Source: the human T2T-CHM13v2.0 reference genome, Homo sapiens. From it: 64,000 bases of DNA. This document shows positions 1 through 14,215 of the stretch, piece by piece; the stretch's first letter is position 1; each line of letters starts with the position of its first letter. The notes beneath the pieces were generated by a model, which was not told the origin of the DNA, made no database searches, and saw nothing but the letters and a program-made list of their open reading frames with translations. The stretch lies in NCBI RefSeq assembly GCF_009914755.1, contig NC_060947.1. One strand, 5' to 3'. The position numbers and the translations under genes were made by a program.

Positions 1-3000
1 ATATATATATGGAATATATATATGGAATATATATATGGAATATATATATGGAATATATATATGGAATATATATATGGAATATATATATGGAATATATATA
101 TGGAATATATATATGGAATATATATATGGAATATATATATGGAATATATATATGGAATATATATATGGAATGTATACGGAATATATATATGGAATGTATA
201 CGGAATATATATATGGAATGTATACGGAATATATATATGGAATGTATACGGAATATATATATGGAATGTATACGGAATATATATATGGAATGTATACGGA
301 ATATATATATGGAATGTATACGGAATATATATATGGAATGTATACGGAATATATATATGGAATGTATACGGAATATATATATGGAATGTATACGGAATAT
401 ATATATGGAATGTATACGGAATATATATATGGAATGTATACGGAATATATATGGAATGTATACGGAATATATATGGAATGTATACGGAATATATATGGAA
501 TATATATATACGGAATATATATACGGAATATATATATACGGAATATATATACGGAATATATATATACGGAATATATATATATACGGAATATATATATACG
601 GAATATATATATATGGAATATATATAGGGAATATATATATACGGAATATATATACGGAATATATATATACGGAATATATATATACGGAATATATATATAT
701 ACGGAATATATATATATATACGGAATATATATATATACGGAGTCTATATATACGGAATATATATATATACCGAATCTATATATACGGAATATATATATAT
801 ATACGGAATCTATATATACGGAATATATATATATACGGAATCTATATATACGGAATCTACATATACGGAATATATATATCTACGGAATCTATATATACGG
901 GATATATGTATCTACGGAATATATATATACGGGATATATGTATCTACGGAATATATATATACGGGATATATGTATCTACGGAATATATATATACGGGATA
1001 TATGTATCTACGGAATATATATATACGGGATATATGTATCTACGGAATATATATATACGGGATATATGTATCTACGGAATATATATATACGGGATATATG
1101 TATCTACGGAATATATATATACGGAATATATATATACGGAATATATATACGGAATATATATATACGGAATATATATATAAGGAATATATATATACGGAAT
1201 ATATATATACGGAATATATATACACGGAATATATATATACGGAATATATATATACGGAATACATATATACGGAATATATATGCGGAATATATATATACGG
1301 TACATATATATGGAATATATACATACGGAATATATATATGGAATATATACATACGGAATATATATATGAAATATATACATACGGTACATATATATGGAAT
1401 ATATACATACGGAATATATATATGGAATATATACATACGGAATATATATATGGAATATATATGATATACATGGAATATATATATGATATATATGGAACAT
1501 ATATGATATATATGGAATATATATGATATATGGAACATATATGATATATATGGAATATATATGATATATATGGAATATATATGATATCTATGGAATATAT
1601 ATGATATATATAGAATATATGTGGAATATATATGATATATATAGAATATATGTGGAATATATATGATATATATAGAATATATATGATATATATATGGAAT
1701 ATATATATGATATATACATGGAATATATATGATATACACATGGAATATATATATGATATATACATGGAATATATATGATATATATATGGAATATATATGA
1801 TATATATGGAATATATATCTGGAATATAAATGATATATATGGAATATATATGGAATATATATGGAATATATATCATATATATGGAATATATATGGAATAT
1901 ATATGGAATATATATCATATATATGGAATATATATGATATATATGGAATATATATGGAATATATATCATATATATGGAATATATATGATATATATGGAAT
2001 ATATATGGAATATATATCATATATATGGAATATATATGATATATATGGAATATATATGATATATATATGGAATATATATGATATATATATCATATATATG
2101 GAATATATATGATATATATATCATATATATGGAATATATATGATATATATGGAATATATAGTATATATATGGAATATATATGGTATATATATGATATATA
2201 TGGAGTATATATATGATATATATATGGAGTATATATATGGAGTATATATATGGAATATATATGGTATATATATGATATATATGGAGTATATATGATATAT
2301 ATGGAGTATATATATGGAATATATATATGATATATATGGAGTATATATATGTAATATATATATGATATATATGGAGTATATATATGTAATATATATATGA
2401 TATATATTTGGAATATATATATGATATATATATGGAATATATATATGGATTATATATATGATATATATATGGAATATATATGGAATATATATGATATATA
2501 TATCGAATATATATATGGAATATACATATGATATATATATGGAATATATGTACGGAATATGTATATGATATATATATGGAATATATATGATATATATTTG
2601 GAATATATATATGATATATATGGAATATATATGGAATATATATGATATATATATGGAATATATATGGAATATATATGATATATATATGGAATATATATGG
2701 AATATATATGATATATATATGGAATATATATGGAATATATATGATATATATGGAATATATATGGAATATATATGGAATATATATGATATATATATGGAAT
2801 ATATATGATATATATATGGAATATATATGGAATATATATGTGGAATATATATGTGGAATATATATATGGAATATACATACGGAATATATACATGGAATAT
2901 ATATACGGAATATATATGGAATATATATACGGAGTATATATACGGAATATATATACGGAATATATATACGGAATATATATGGAATATATATACGGAATAT

Positions 3001-6000
3001 ATATACGAATATATATACGGAATATATATACGGAATATATATACGGAATATATATACGGAATATATATATGGAATATATGTATGGAATATATATATGGAA
3101 TATATATGGAATATGTATATGAATATGTATATGGAATATGTATATGGAATATTTATATGATATGTATATGGAATATTTATATGATGTGTATATGGAATAT
3201 ATATATGGAATATATATGGAGTATATATATGATATGTATATGGAATATATATGGAGTATATATATGATATATATGGAGTATATTTATGATATATATGGAG
3301 TATATATATGATATATATGGAATATATATGGAATATATATGCGATATATATATGGAATATATATGCGATTTATATATGGAATATATATGCGATGTATATA
3401 TGGAATATATATGCGATATATATGGAATATATATACGTTATATATATGGAATATATATGCGATATGTATACGGAATATATATATGCGATATGTATACGGG
3501 ATATATATATGGGATATGTATACGGGATATATATATGGGATATGTATACGGGATATATATGGGATATTTATACGGGATATATATACGGGATATATATATG
3601 GGATATATATATGGGATATATATGGAATATATATATATGGAATACATATATATGGAATATATATATATGGAATACATATATATGGAATATATATATATGG
3701 AATACATATATATGGAATATATATATATGGAATACATATATATGGAATATATATATATGGAATACATATATATGGAATATATATATATGGAATACATATA
3801 TATGGAATATATATATGGAATACATATATATGGAATATATATATGGAATATATATGTGGAATATATATATGGAAGATATATCTATGAAATATATATATGG
3901 AAGATATATATGGAAGATATATATGGAAGATATATATATGGAAGATATATATCTGGAAGATATATATGGAAGATATATATGGAAGATATATATGGAAGAT
4001 ACGTATGGAAGATACATATATGGAATATATATGGAAGATATATGTATGGAATATATATGGAAGATATATACGCACTATATATGGATGATATATACGGAAT
4101 AAATATATATGGAATATACATACGGAATATATATATGGAATATATATATATTCCGAAAATATATATGGAATATATATATATTCCGAAAATATATATATTA
4201 TATACATATGCGGAATATATATGGAATATACATATGCGGAATATATATATGGAATATACATATGCCTAATATATATATGGAATATATATAAGCGTAATAT
4301 ATATATGTGGAATATATATATGCGGAATATATATATGGAATATATATATGCAGAATATATATATATGGAATATATATGCGGAATATATATATGGAATATA
4401 TATATGCGGAATATATATACGGAATATATATATACCGAATATATAGATGGAATATATATATGGAATATATATATACGGAATATATAGTTGGAATATATAT
4501 ACGGAATATATATATACGGAATATATAGATGGTCTATATATAGATGGAATATATAGATGGACTATATAGATGGACTATGTACAGATGGAATATATAGATG
4601 GAATATATATAGATGGAATATATATAGATGGAATATATAGAGATGGAATATAGAGATGGAATATATAGAAATGGAATATATAGATGGAATATACGTAGAT
4701 GGAATATATAGATGGAATATATATAGAGGGAATAGATAGATGGAATATATATAGAGGGAATATAGATGGAATATATAGAGGGAATATATAGATGGAATAT
4801 ATATAGAGGGAATATATATAGAGGGAATATATATACGGAATATATATACGGAATATATATGTATATGTATACGGAATATATATACGGAATATATGTATAT
4901 GTATACGGAATATATATATACAGAATATATGTATATGTATACGGAATATATATAGGGAATATATATATGTATACGGAATATATATACCGAATATATATAT
5001 GTATACGGAATATATATGTGTATACGGAATATATATACGGAATATATATGTATACGGAATATATATATACCAAATTTATATAAACGCGGACTATATATAT
5101 ATACGGAATTTATATATACGCGGAGTATATATATATGCGGAATTTATATATACACGGACTATATATATGGAATTTATATATACGCGGACTATATGTATAT
5201 GCGGAACATATATACGCGGACTATATGTATATACGTTACATATATACGCGGACTATATGTATATACGGAACATATATACGCGTACTATATGTATATACGG
5301 AACATATGTACGTGGAATATATGTAGATACGGAACATATATACGCGGAATATATGTATATACGGAACATATACGCGGAATATATGTATATACGGAACATA
5401 TACGCGAAATATATATACACGGAATATATATATACACGGAATATATATACACACGGAATATATATATGTACGGACTATATATAGACACGGAATATATATA
5501 TGTGCAGACTATATATAGACACGGAATATATATATGTGCGGACTATATATAGACACGGAATATATATATATACGGACTATATTTAGACACAGAATATATA
5601 TATGTACGGACTATGTATATACACGGAATATATATATATGTACGGACTATATATATACACGGAATATATATATATATGTACGGACTATATATATACACGG
5701 AATATATATATCTACGGACTATATATATACACGGACTATATATATACATGGAATATATATATACACGGACTGTATATATACACGGAATATATATATATAC
5801 GGACTGTATATATACACGGAATATATCTGTACGGAATACATACATACACGCAATATATCTGTATGGAATACATACATACACGGAATATATCTGTACGGAA
5901 TACATACATACACGGAATATATCTGTACGGAATACATATATACACGGAATATATCTATACGGAATACATACATACACGGAATATATCTATACGGAATACA

Positions 6001-6675
6001 TACATACACGGAACATATCTATACGGAATACATACATACACGGAATATATGTATACGGAATGCATACATACACGGAATATATCTATATGGAATACATACA
6101 TACACGGAATATATATATGGAATATACATATACGGAATATATATACGGAATATAGATACGGAATATATATATGGAATATATAGAGATGGAATATAGAGAT
6201 ATGGAATATATAGAGATGGAATATAGAGATATATGGAATATATAGAGATGGAATATAGATATATATGGAATATATAGAGATGGAATATAGATATATATGG
6301 AATATATAGAGATGGAATATAGATATATATGGAATATATAGAGATGGAATATAGATATATATGGAATATATAGAGATGGAATATATAGAGATGGAATATA
6401 GATATATATGGAATATATAGAGATGGACTATATAGATATATGGAATATATTTATGGAATATAGATATGGAATATATATATGGAATACATGTATATGGAAT
6501 ATATATATGGAATACATGTATATGGAATATATATATGGAATATATATGGAAAAAATATACATATATGGAGTATATATTGAAAAAATATATGGAATATATA
6601 TGTATATATAAAAAATATATGGAATATATATGTATATATGGAAAATATATATATATGGAATGTATATATATATAT
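1..6675. repeat. Large compound (TA)n/GGAA tandem array (minisatellite-like VNTR), open at the left edge
   Basis: Continuous short TA runs punctuated by GGAA, CGGAA, GA, GGGA, GGAAGA, GGACT and AGATGG. Local higher-order periods of 13, 24, 32 and 30 bp. All ORFs here are low-complexity Y/I/M/E artefacts. Confidence 0.98.
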
Positions 6676-7015
6676 TCCTAAAAATAAATGAAACAAAAAC
6701 AGATGAAGAGACAAATAGAAAATTCACCAATAATCATGGGAGACTTCAATATCTCACTTTCAATAACGGACAGACCAATTAGACCTAAGACAAATCTGTG
6801 CAACATTCCACCCAGTAATAGCCAATGCTCATTTTTCTGTAGCGCACATGAAACTTTCTCCAGCATAGACCATATGCTAGCCTTGCTAGCCTGTAAAACA
6901 TGTCTCTATAAATTTAAAATTACTGAAGCCATACAAAATATAATCTATGACCAAAATGGAATGAAATTGGAAATCTATAACAGAATTAAAAATGGTAAAT
7001 TTACAAATATGTACT
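6676..7015 (+). mobile_element. Old L1 (L1M) ORF2 endonuclease fragment
   Basis: ORF 6688-7020 reads MKQKQ...IIMGDFNISLSITDR...FFCSAHETFSSIDHML...DQNGMKLEI, matching L1 APE-endonuclease motifs (GDFN, SxIDH, DHNGxKLEI). Confidence 0.9.
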
Positions 7016-7019
7016 TCTA

Positions 7020-7857
7020 GCTCATCTCCCCAAGAAGTATCATTGAGCTACCAGCCTTCTCTTAACTTGTCACCACCAAAATTGTTTTCAACAATACCTT
7101 AAGTTTGAATTTCCTTACACACTTTAAAAAATAAAGCCAGTTCCCTTAGTCTGAGCTGTAGAGTTCTGCTATTTTATGTCTTGCCTTTTCCCTTGGGCAG
7201 AATTTCTGTGCTATTGCAAGGGAGCCTGGGGTAAGGATAGCAGCATGCTTCTCCTAGAGTGACACCCCAGCTCTAGGAGCAGTGATCGGGTTTTGAAGGT
7301 AGTCCCTGGTCTTTTCTACTTGAAATGTGCAACCTCTACCCTTCTAGAGACCTAGGTCAGGTGTGTTCAGGGCAGAGTATACTATGCCTGCTCTGACTGA
7401 AGTAAAACTTCCACCCCATAAGTAGGCATTGAGTCGGGGGAAGGAAGACTGGCCTGCTGTAACTGCCCAGAATAGAACTTCTGCAATATGGAACTTGGGG
7501 TGATGACTGATGCTGGTGGCCTGCCTCACATAGGGTACAACTGTAACCCTAGATTGGGAGCTAGGTAGAGAGGGAGCCCATCTTCTTAATTGCAGATGCC
7601 TGGAGTAGAATTTCCATCACAGTGAGCTGGTAGTGATGGGGATATAAACATGCCAAGGCTCAAGTGTCACGGATTCTCATTGCTCTTACAGAGAGTTAGA
7701 TAATTTTCTTGATTAGATGTTTTTCTATTTGCTTTAGGCTCTTAGGACAATTTCCAAATACTTTAAATGTTTTTTCAAAAAATAATTTGCAGCAGTAAAA
7801 TGGTTGTTTTGCTGGGGAGAATGTCCACTGTGCACTTAAGCAGCCATTCTGGAAGTT
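7020..7857 (-). mobile_element. Probable 5' region of an ancient L1M-type element
   Basis: Higher-GC segment ending in cagccattctggaagtt, which resembles reversed 5' ends of old L1M elements. Recalled similarity only. Confidence 0.35.
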
Positions 7858-7859
7858 CA

Positions 7860-8506
7860 TCCAGGGTTGATTTTTTTTCCATAGATATATTCACTTGACT
7901 CAGAACTATACTGAACGAACCATTATTTCTCCAAAGTACTGCAGTGTTTTCTTGTTATAAATCAGATGACAGTATATGTGTGGGTTTAATTCTGGACTCT
8001 AGATTTTGTTCCATTAATTAGTTTGATTATCCTTTTGCCAATACTATGCCCTCTCAATTACTATTCCTTTATAATAGGGATTTTTATCTGGTAGTAAATT
8101 CCTCTTGTTTGGTCCTTTTCTATGAAATACCCATTATTCTTGACCCTTTGCATTTTCTTATAAATTGTAGAATCACCTAGTAAATTATCCAAAAACATAC
8201 TGGGATTTTCACTGCGACTCTGTTGAATCTATATTAATTAAAGAAGATTTTACATCTCTTTGTTTTGAGATTTTACATCTTAGCAATATTTAGTCGTATG
8301 ATCCATAATATAGTCTCTCTCTCCATTTATTTATGTCTTTTTTTCTCGAAATGTGATAAGTTTCAGCATAAATTTTTTTCATGCCTGTTATCAGATAAAT
8401 TTCTAGGCATTTGATTTATTTGATTTGTTAATAGTGTCTGTATCAGTCAGGGTTCCACCAGAGAAATATATATACCATATACACACACATATACACTGTA
8501 TGTATA

Positions 8507-8541
<35 letters not shown>

Positions 8542-9385
8542 GATAGATAGATAGATAGATATAGAGAGAGAGAAGGGGAAGGGAGGGAGATCTATCTACC
8601 TATCTATCTATGTGTCTAAGTTATTCTCCTTTACTTAAAGTCAGCTGATTATACATGTTAATCACATATATGTAATACATTCACATCAATACCCAGATTT
8701 GTGTTTGATTGAATAGTTGGAGACTATAGCCTAGGTAAAGTGGACATATAGAAATTACCATCACAATGCCGTTTCTTTATGAAAATTGGACCATTCAGAT
8801 TTCCTATATATTATTCTTTCCTCACAGTATTCTAAGGTTAAATTTTACTGTTGTTTTCTAACTTCTTGAAATGTAAAAGTCCAAATTATTGATTTAGTTC
8901 TGTATTGATTTAGTTCTAGTCTTTCTTCAGTTCTATAGATGAGATTTCACACTTATAAAATTTCTTCTAATATCTACTAAAGCTGCATATCAGAAATTGC
9001 AATATATTCATTATATTCTACTTCGAAATGTTTTCTACTTTTACTTGTGATATCTTCCTTGATCCATTGACTATTTCATAGTACATTGTATAATTCACAG
9101 GAAATTTAGAATTTTGTATTTATTATTTTGTTGTTGGTTTCTAGATTACATCCACTGAATCAAGACGATACTCTGAATGATTTCAATCTTTATAAACTTG
9201 TCAAGGCTTTCTTTGTTGCCAAGCATGTGATCAATTTTGTTAAATGCTCCCCACATACTTTAAAAGAAAATGAGTCCTGCTATTGTTGCGTGTAGTGCTG
9301 TATGCGTTATAATTAGGTCACGTTTCATCATGTTCATCAAAATTCCTTGCCCTTACTCTTTTTTTGTGTGTGTAAGTGTTTTATT
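7860..9385 (-). mobile_element. Degenerate L1M/L1ME ORF2 fragments, interrupted by an MLT2 LTR
   Basis: T-rich antisense L1 phrases such as ttctggactct, tactgggattttcactgcgactctgttgaatctata, ctctgaatgatttcaatcttt and ctgctattgttgcgtgtagtg. Confidence 0.7.
8439..8765 (-). mobile_element. MLT2-type ERVL solo LTR, internally deleted, with an embedded microsatellite
   Basis: Termini tgtatcagtcagggttc...aattaccatcaca are the reverse complement of MLT2 ends. A CA/CT/AT/AGAT/AG microsatellite lies at ~8467-8612. Confidence 0.75.
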
Positions 9386-9484
9386 GATTTCTTTCTCTAG
9401 TATTTTTGGATGGAGCGCTTGTCCATACAACTAGGAAGTAGAAGTCCCTACATTCCCTGGAATCAAATACCATATATACAGTGT

Positions 9485-9750
9485 CAGCTCCCAAATAGAT
9501 TTCAAATGCAGATCTTTCACTTCAATTAAGGCTCATATATTTAAGTGTTCACTAAATATTTACATATGTCTCAGACACTTCACATTTATGTTAAAACTAA
9601 AATCATCATCTTTCCCCTAAATTATCCTTATTTTTCCATCTTACCAATAGAATTGTCATTGATTAAGTTGCTCATAAAGAACAAAATGAGAGTATTATCA
9701 TTAGAGTCCATTCCTGATGTCTCATAGCACATCCAGAAAGTCACGAAGTC
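9485..9750 (+). mobile_element. L2 fragment (left part; continues at ~12469)
   Basis: L2-like phrases (ctcccaaat, aaaactaaaatcatcatctttcccc). Split by the L1PB insertion at a TSD. Confidence 0.6.
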
Positions 9751-11627
9751 CTTTACCACATTCATTTATCAGAACTAGGAGCTTTTTGGGTTAGTCTTTA
9801 GGGTTTTCTAGGTGTACGATCATATCATCAGCAAACAGCAACAGTTTGACTTCCTCTTTACCGATTTGGATGCCCTTTGTTTCTTTCTCTTGTCTGATTG
9901 CTCTGGCTAGGACTTCCAGTACTACACTGAATAGAAGTGATTAAGGTGGGCATGCTTGTCTTGTTGCAGTTCTCAGGGAGAATGCTTTCAACTTTTCCCC
10001 ATTCAGTATAATGTTGGCTGTGAGTTTGTTATAGATGGCTTTTCTTACCTTAAGGTATGTCCCTTCTATGCTGATTTTGCAGAGGGTTTTAATCATAAAG
10101 GGATGCTGGATTTTGTCAAATGCTTTTTCTGCATTGGTAAAGTTTCAGGATGAAAATAACTGTACACAAATCAGTAGCACTGCTATACACCAACAGTGAC
10201 CAAGCTGAGAATCAAATTAAGAACTCAACCTCTTTTACAACAGCTGCAAAAAAGTAAAATACCTAGGAATATACCTAACCAAGGAGGTGAAAGACCTCTA
10301 CAAGGAAAACTACAAAACACTGCTGAAAGAAATCATAGGTGGCATAAACAAGTGGAAACACATCCCATGTTCATGGATGGGTAGAATCAATATTGTGAAA
10401 ATGACCATACTGCCAAAAGCAATCTATAAATTCAATGTAATTTCCATCAAAATACCGTCATCATTCTTCACAGAAGTAGAAAAACAATCTTGAAATTCAT
10501 ATGGAACCAAAAAAGAGCCCGCATGGCCAAAGCAAGACTAAACAAAAATAACAAATCTGGAGGCAACACGTTACCTGACTTCAAACTATACTACAAGGCT
10601 ATATTTACCAAAACAGCATGGTACTGGTATAAAACAGGCATGTAGACCAATGGAACAAAATAGAGGACCCAGAAATAAAGCCAAATACTTACAGCCAATT
10701 GATCTTTGACAAAGCAAACAAAAACGTAAATTGGGAAAAGGGCACCCTATTCAACAAATGGTTCTGGGATAATTGGCAAGCCTCATGTAGAAGAATGAAA
10801 TTGGATCCTCATCTCCTACTTTATACAAAAATTAACTCGTGATAGATCAAAAACTTAAACCTAAGACCCGAAACCATAAATATTCTAGAATATAACATCA
10901 GAAAAACTCTTCTAGACATTGGTTTAGGCAAAGAGTTCATGACAAAGAACTCAAAAGCAAATGCAATAAAAACAAAGATAAATACATGGGACTTAATTAA
11001 ACTAAAAAGCTTCTGCACAGCAAAAGAAACAATCAGCAGAGTAAACAGACAACCCACAGAGTGGGAGAAAATATTCGCAAACTGTGCATCCACCAAAGGA
11101 CTAATATCCAGAATCTACAAGGATCTCAAACAAATCAACAAGAATAAAACAAATTGTCTCATCAAAAACTGGGGTAAGGAGATAGACAATTCTCAAAAGA
11201 AGATATTTAAATGGCCAAAAACCCCATGATAAAAAATGCTCAATATCACTAATTATCAGGGAAATGCAAATCACACCCACAAGGTGATACCACCTTATTC
11301 CTGCAAGACTGGCTAAAATTTTAAAAAATCAAAAAATAATAGACGTTGGTGTGAATGTGATGAAAAGGGAAAACTTTTACACTGCTGGTGGGAATGTAAG
11401 CTAGTACAACCACTATGGAAAATAGTATGGAGATTCCTTAAAGAATGAAAAGTAGAACTACCATTTGATCCAGCAATCCCACTACTGGGTATCTACCCAG
11501 AGGAAAAAAGTCCTTATGTGAAAAAGACACTTGTTCATCCATGTTTATAGCAGCACAATTTGCAATTGCAAAAATATGGAACCAGCCTAAATTCCTGTGA
11601 ACCAATAAGTAGATAAAGAAAATGTGC

Positions 11628-11741
11628 CTAGTTGATGGGTTTATCTGTGAGGCAAACCATCATGGCACATGTTTACCTATGTAACAAACCTGCACATCCT
11701 GCACATGTACAGTGGAACTTAAAATAAAAGTTGAAGAAAAC
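11628..11741 (+). mobile_element. Very short L1PA 3' end (older L1PA13-16-like) nested in L1PB
   Basis: Sequence gcaaaccatcatggcacatgtttacctatgtaacaaacctgcacatcctgcacatgtac...aacttaaaataaaag. TSD AAAGAAAATGTGC at 11615-11627 and 11742-11754. Confidence 0.88.
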
Positions 11742-11950
11742 AAAGAAAATGTGCTATATGTATATACCATAGAATACTACTTAGCCATATAAAGGAATAA
11801 AATAATGGCATTTGCAGCAACCTGGATGGAGTTGGAGACCATTATTCTAAGTGAAGTAACTCAGGAATGGAAAACCAAACATCGTATGTTCTCACTTATA
11901 AGTGGGAGCTAAGCTATGAGGATGCAAAGGCATAAGAATGATGTAATGGA

Positions 11951-12433
<483 letters not shown>

Positions 12434-12468
12434 CTATTGAAATAATAGAAAAATAAAAACTTTTAAAA

Positions 12469-13130
12469 GAAAGTCACAAAGTCTTTAGATTCTACCTTGT
12501 TGACATCTCTCTGATCCATCTGTTCTCTATCCTCACTGATATTGCTCCATCATCCCCTGTTTGAACCCTTTCAATAACTTCTAATTGACCTTCCTGCCTT
12601 CAGTCTTGTTCTCTTTAATTTGCCCTCCATGCAACTGCCAGGGTTATCTTTATAAATCATAAATCTAACTCATTATTTCTCTGCTTAACATACTTAAATT
12701 GCTTCCTATTACCTGCAAGATGCATTTCAAACATCTAACTTTTGCAACAAGGTTATTTTTTTCATGGAGTGTCCTCTTGTATTTCATCTCACCCCTCTGT
12801 CCACTTAGAGAACATCTTTTCCATTTTGTAAGAATGAGTTCAAGTGTCAAGTTCTCTGCCCACCCTCCACTAGAATCGAATGTTTCCGCCATTGTTCCCT
12901 TACTATGTACAATATGGCCTTCTATTACAGACCGCCTAAAAATTTATTTTACTTGCTTTTATATGTCTGTGTCACTGACCCACACACCCAGACGCTGAAC
13001 AATTCAACATCAAGAACTCTGTTTCGTCTTTAAGAACAATTCAACATCAAGAACTCTGTTTCATCTTTAAAATCAGTATTGAACTTGGCAGATACTAGAC
13101 ACATAATAAATGTTGGCTGACTGAGTAAAT
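12469..13130 (+). mobile_element. L2 3' portion
   Basis: L2 phrases and an L2-like 3' end (ggcagatactagacacataataaatgttggctgactgagtaaat). Confidence 0.7.
12997..13070. repeat. 37-bp tandem duplication
   Basis: Two copies of GAACAATTCAACATCAAGAACTCTGTTTCRTCTTTAA with one mismatch. Confidence 0.95.
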
Positions 13131-13489
13131 AGCAATAAAAAAACTACATACAATTTGTTATATTTTCACTCTTTCATGTTAAAAATCTTATAAATGTTAA
13201 CAATCTTAATTTATTAATCTGATCATCTCCTATATTTGATCAGAAATAACCTTATTTTGTGAATAGCTGTGTTCTGTCTGTGAAGTTCTGAGTGCTGTAG
13301 GCTATGTCTGGTATTTCAGTTAATCAATTAAGCTACTGTAGGAATAAGTGAGAGGATAAATGATTTAGACAGAATCTTTAATGTGACATACCTCATGAGA
13401 ACTGCTTCTTCACTGTACGATGTAGCAGAGCAGAGAGACTAATAACAGCCACATAGGATGATCCTGAGAATAACTTTCCTTAGAAATCT

Positions 13490-13830
13490 CACAGGCTAGA
13501 CTCGTTGTCTTCCCAAAACCCATTCCCCTTTTCCATTCTGTGTCATAGTGAGTGGCATCACTATTCATGCAGTTGCAAAATCAAACACCTTACGGTCATT
13601 TTAAAACTTTCTCCTTTTTGTCATCCTACATCCCCGAATCCATCACCAAGTCCTATTGATCTTCCTCTAAAATATATCCCAAATCTGTCCATTTCATTTT
13701 ATTTTCACTGCCACCATCCTCATTCAAGGTACCATTATATAAGTCCTTACCATAGTGCTGTAGATTTCGTTCTCTCCTGTCTCACCAATAGACTATGAGC
13801 TCCCCAAGGGCAATGGATATTTCTGATGCT
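13490..13830 (+). mobile_element. L2 fragment
   Basis: Phrases tccatcaccaagtcctattgat...aaatatatccc and gactatgagctccccaagggca. Confidence 0.6.
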
Positions 13831-13963
13831 CTATCCTTCTGGGAACATGTTGCCCTCAAATATGAAAATGGGTATAATAGTTAATATATAATTTAATGTA
13901 GTATATTTCTCCCAATTATCATATTTGTATTTTAACAGACGCCTTCTAGAGACAGTGCTTTAG

Positions 13964-14215
13964 GACAATGTTTTCCAAATGGCAGTCTGTGGAACACTTG
14001 TCAGACCAGGTTAAATAACTGGGGAAGCTGCAAATTTTATCTCCTTGGATAATTATATCCCCATTTATGATGTTAAAGGTTTTGAAACATACTGCAATAA
14101 AGCATACAGTTTCACTCTATATAGCCTAGCATTTTACACACTTATTTAATCAGAGAACCTCCTTTTTCATGGCATATTTGTTAATGTTCTGCTGAATGAT
14201 GTATTTTAAACACAG
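13964..14215. mobile_element. hAT-Charlie non-autonomous DNA transposon (MER112-like)
   Basis: caatgttttccaaa terminus. Internal ctgcaataaag...acttatttaatcagagaacc...ttttt matches the recalled MER112 reverse strand. Confidence 0.45.

Noticed and set aside
1-6675. CRISPR-like or telomeric array
   Set aside because: There are no unique spacers, no constant repeat, no cas genes and no TTAGGG, and the context is primate.
9-6730. Dozens of long ORFs (up to 505 aa) in the TA/GGAA array
   Set aside because: They occur in all frames on both strands, have Y/I/M/E/R/N low complexity, and arise from stop-poor repeat units. There is no evidence of coding.
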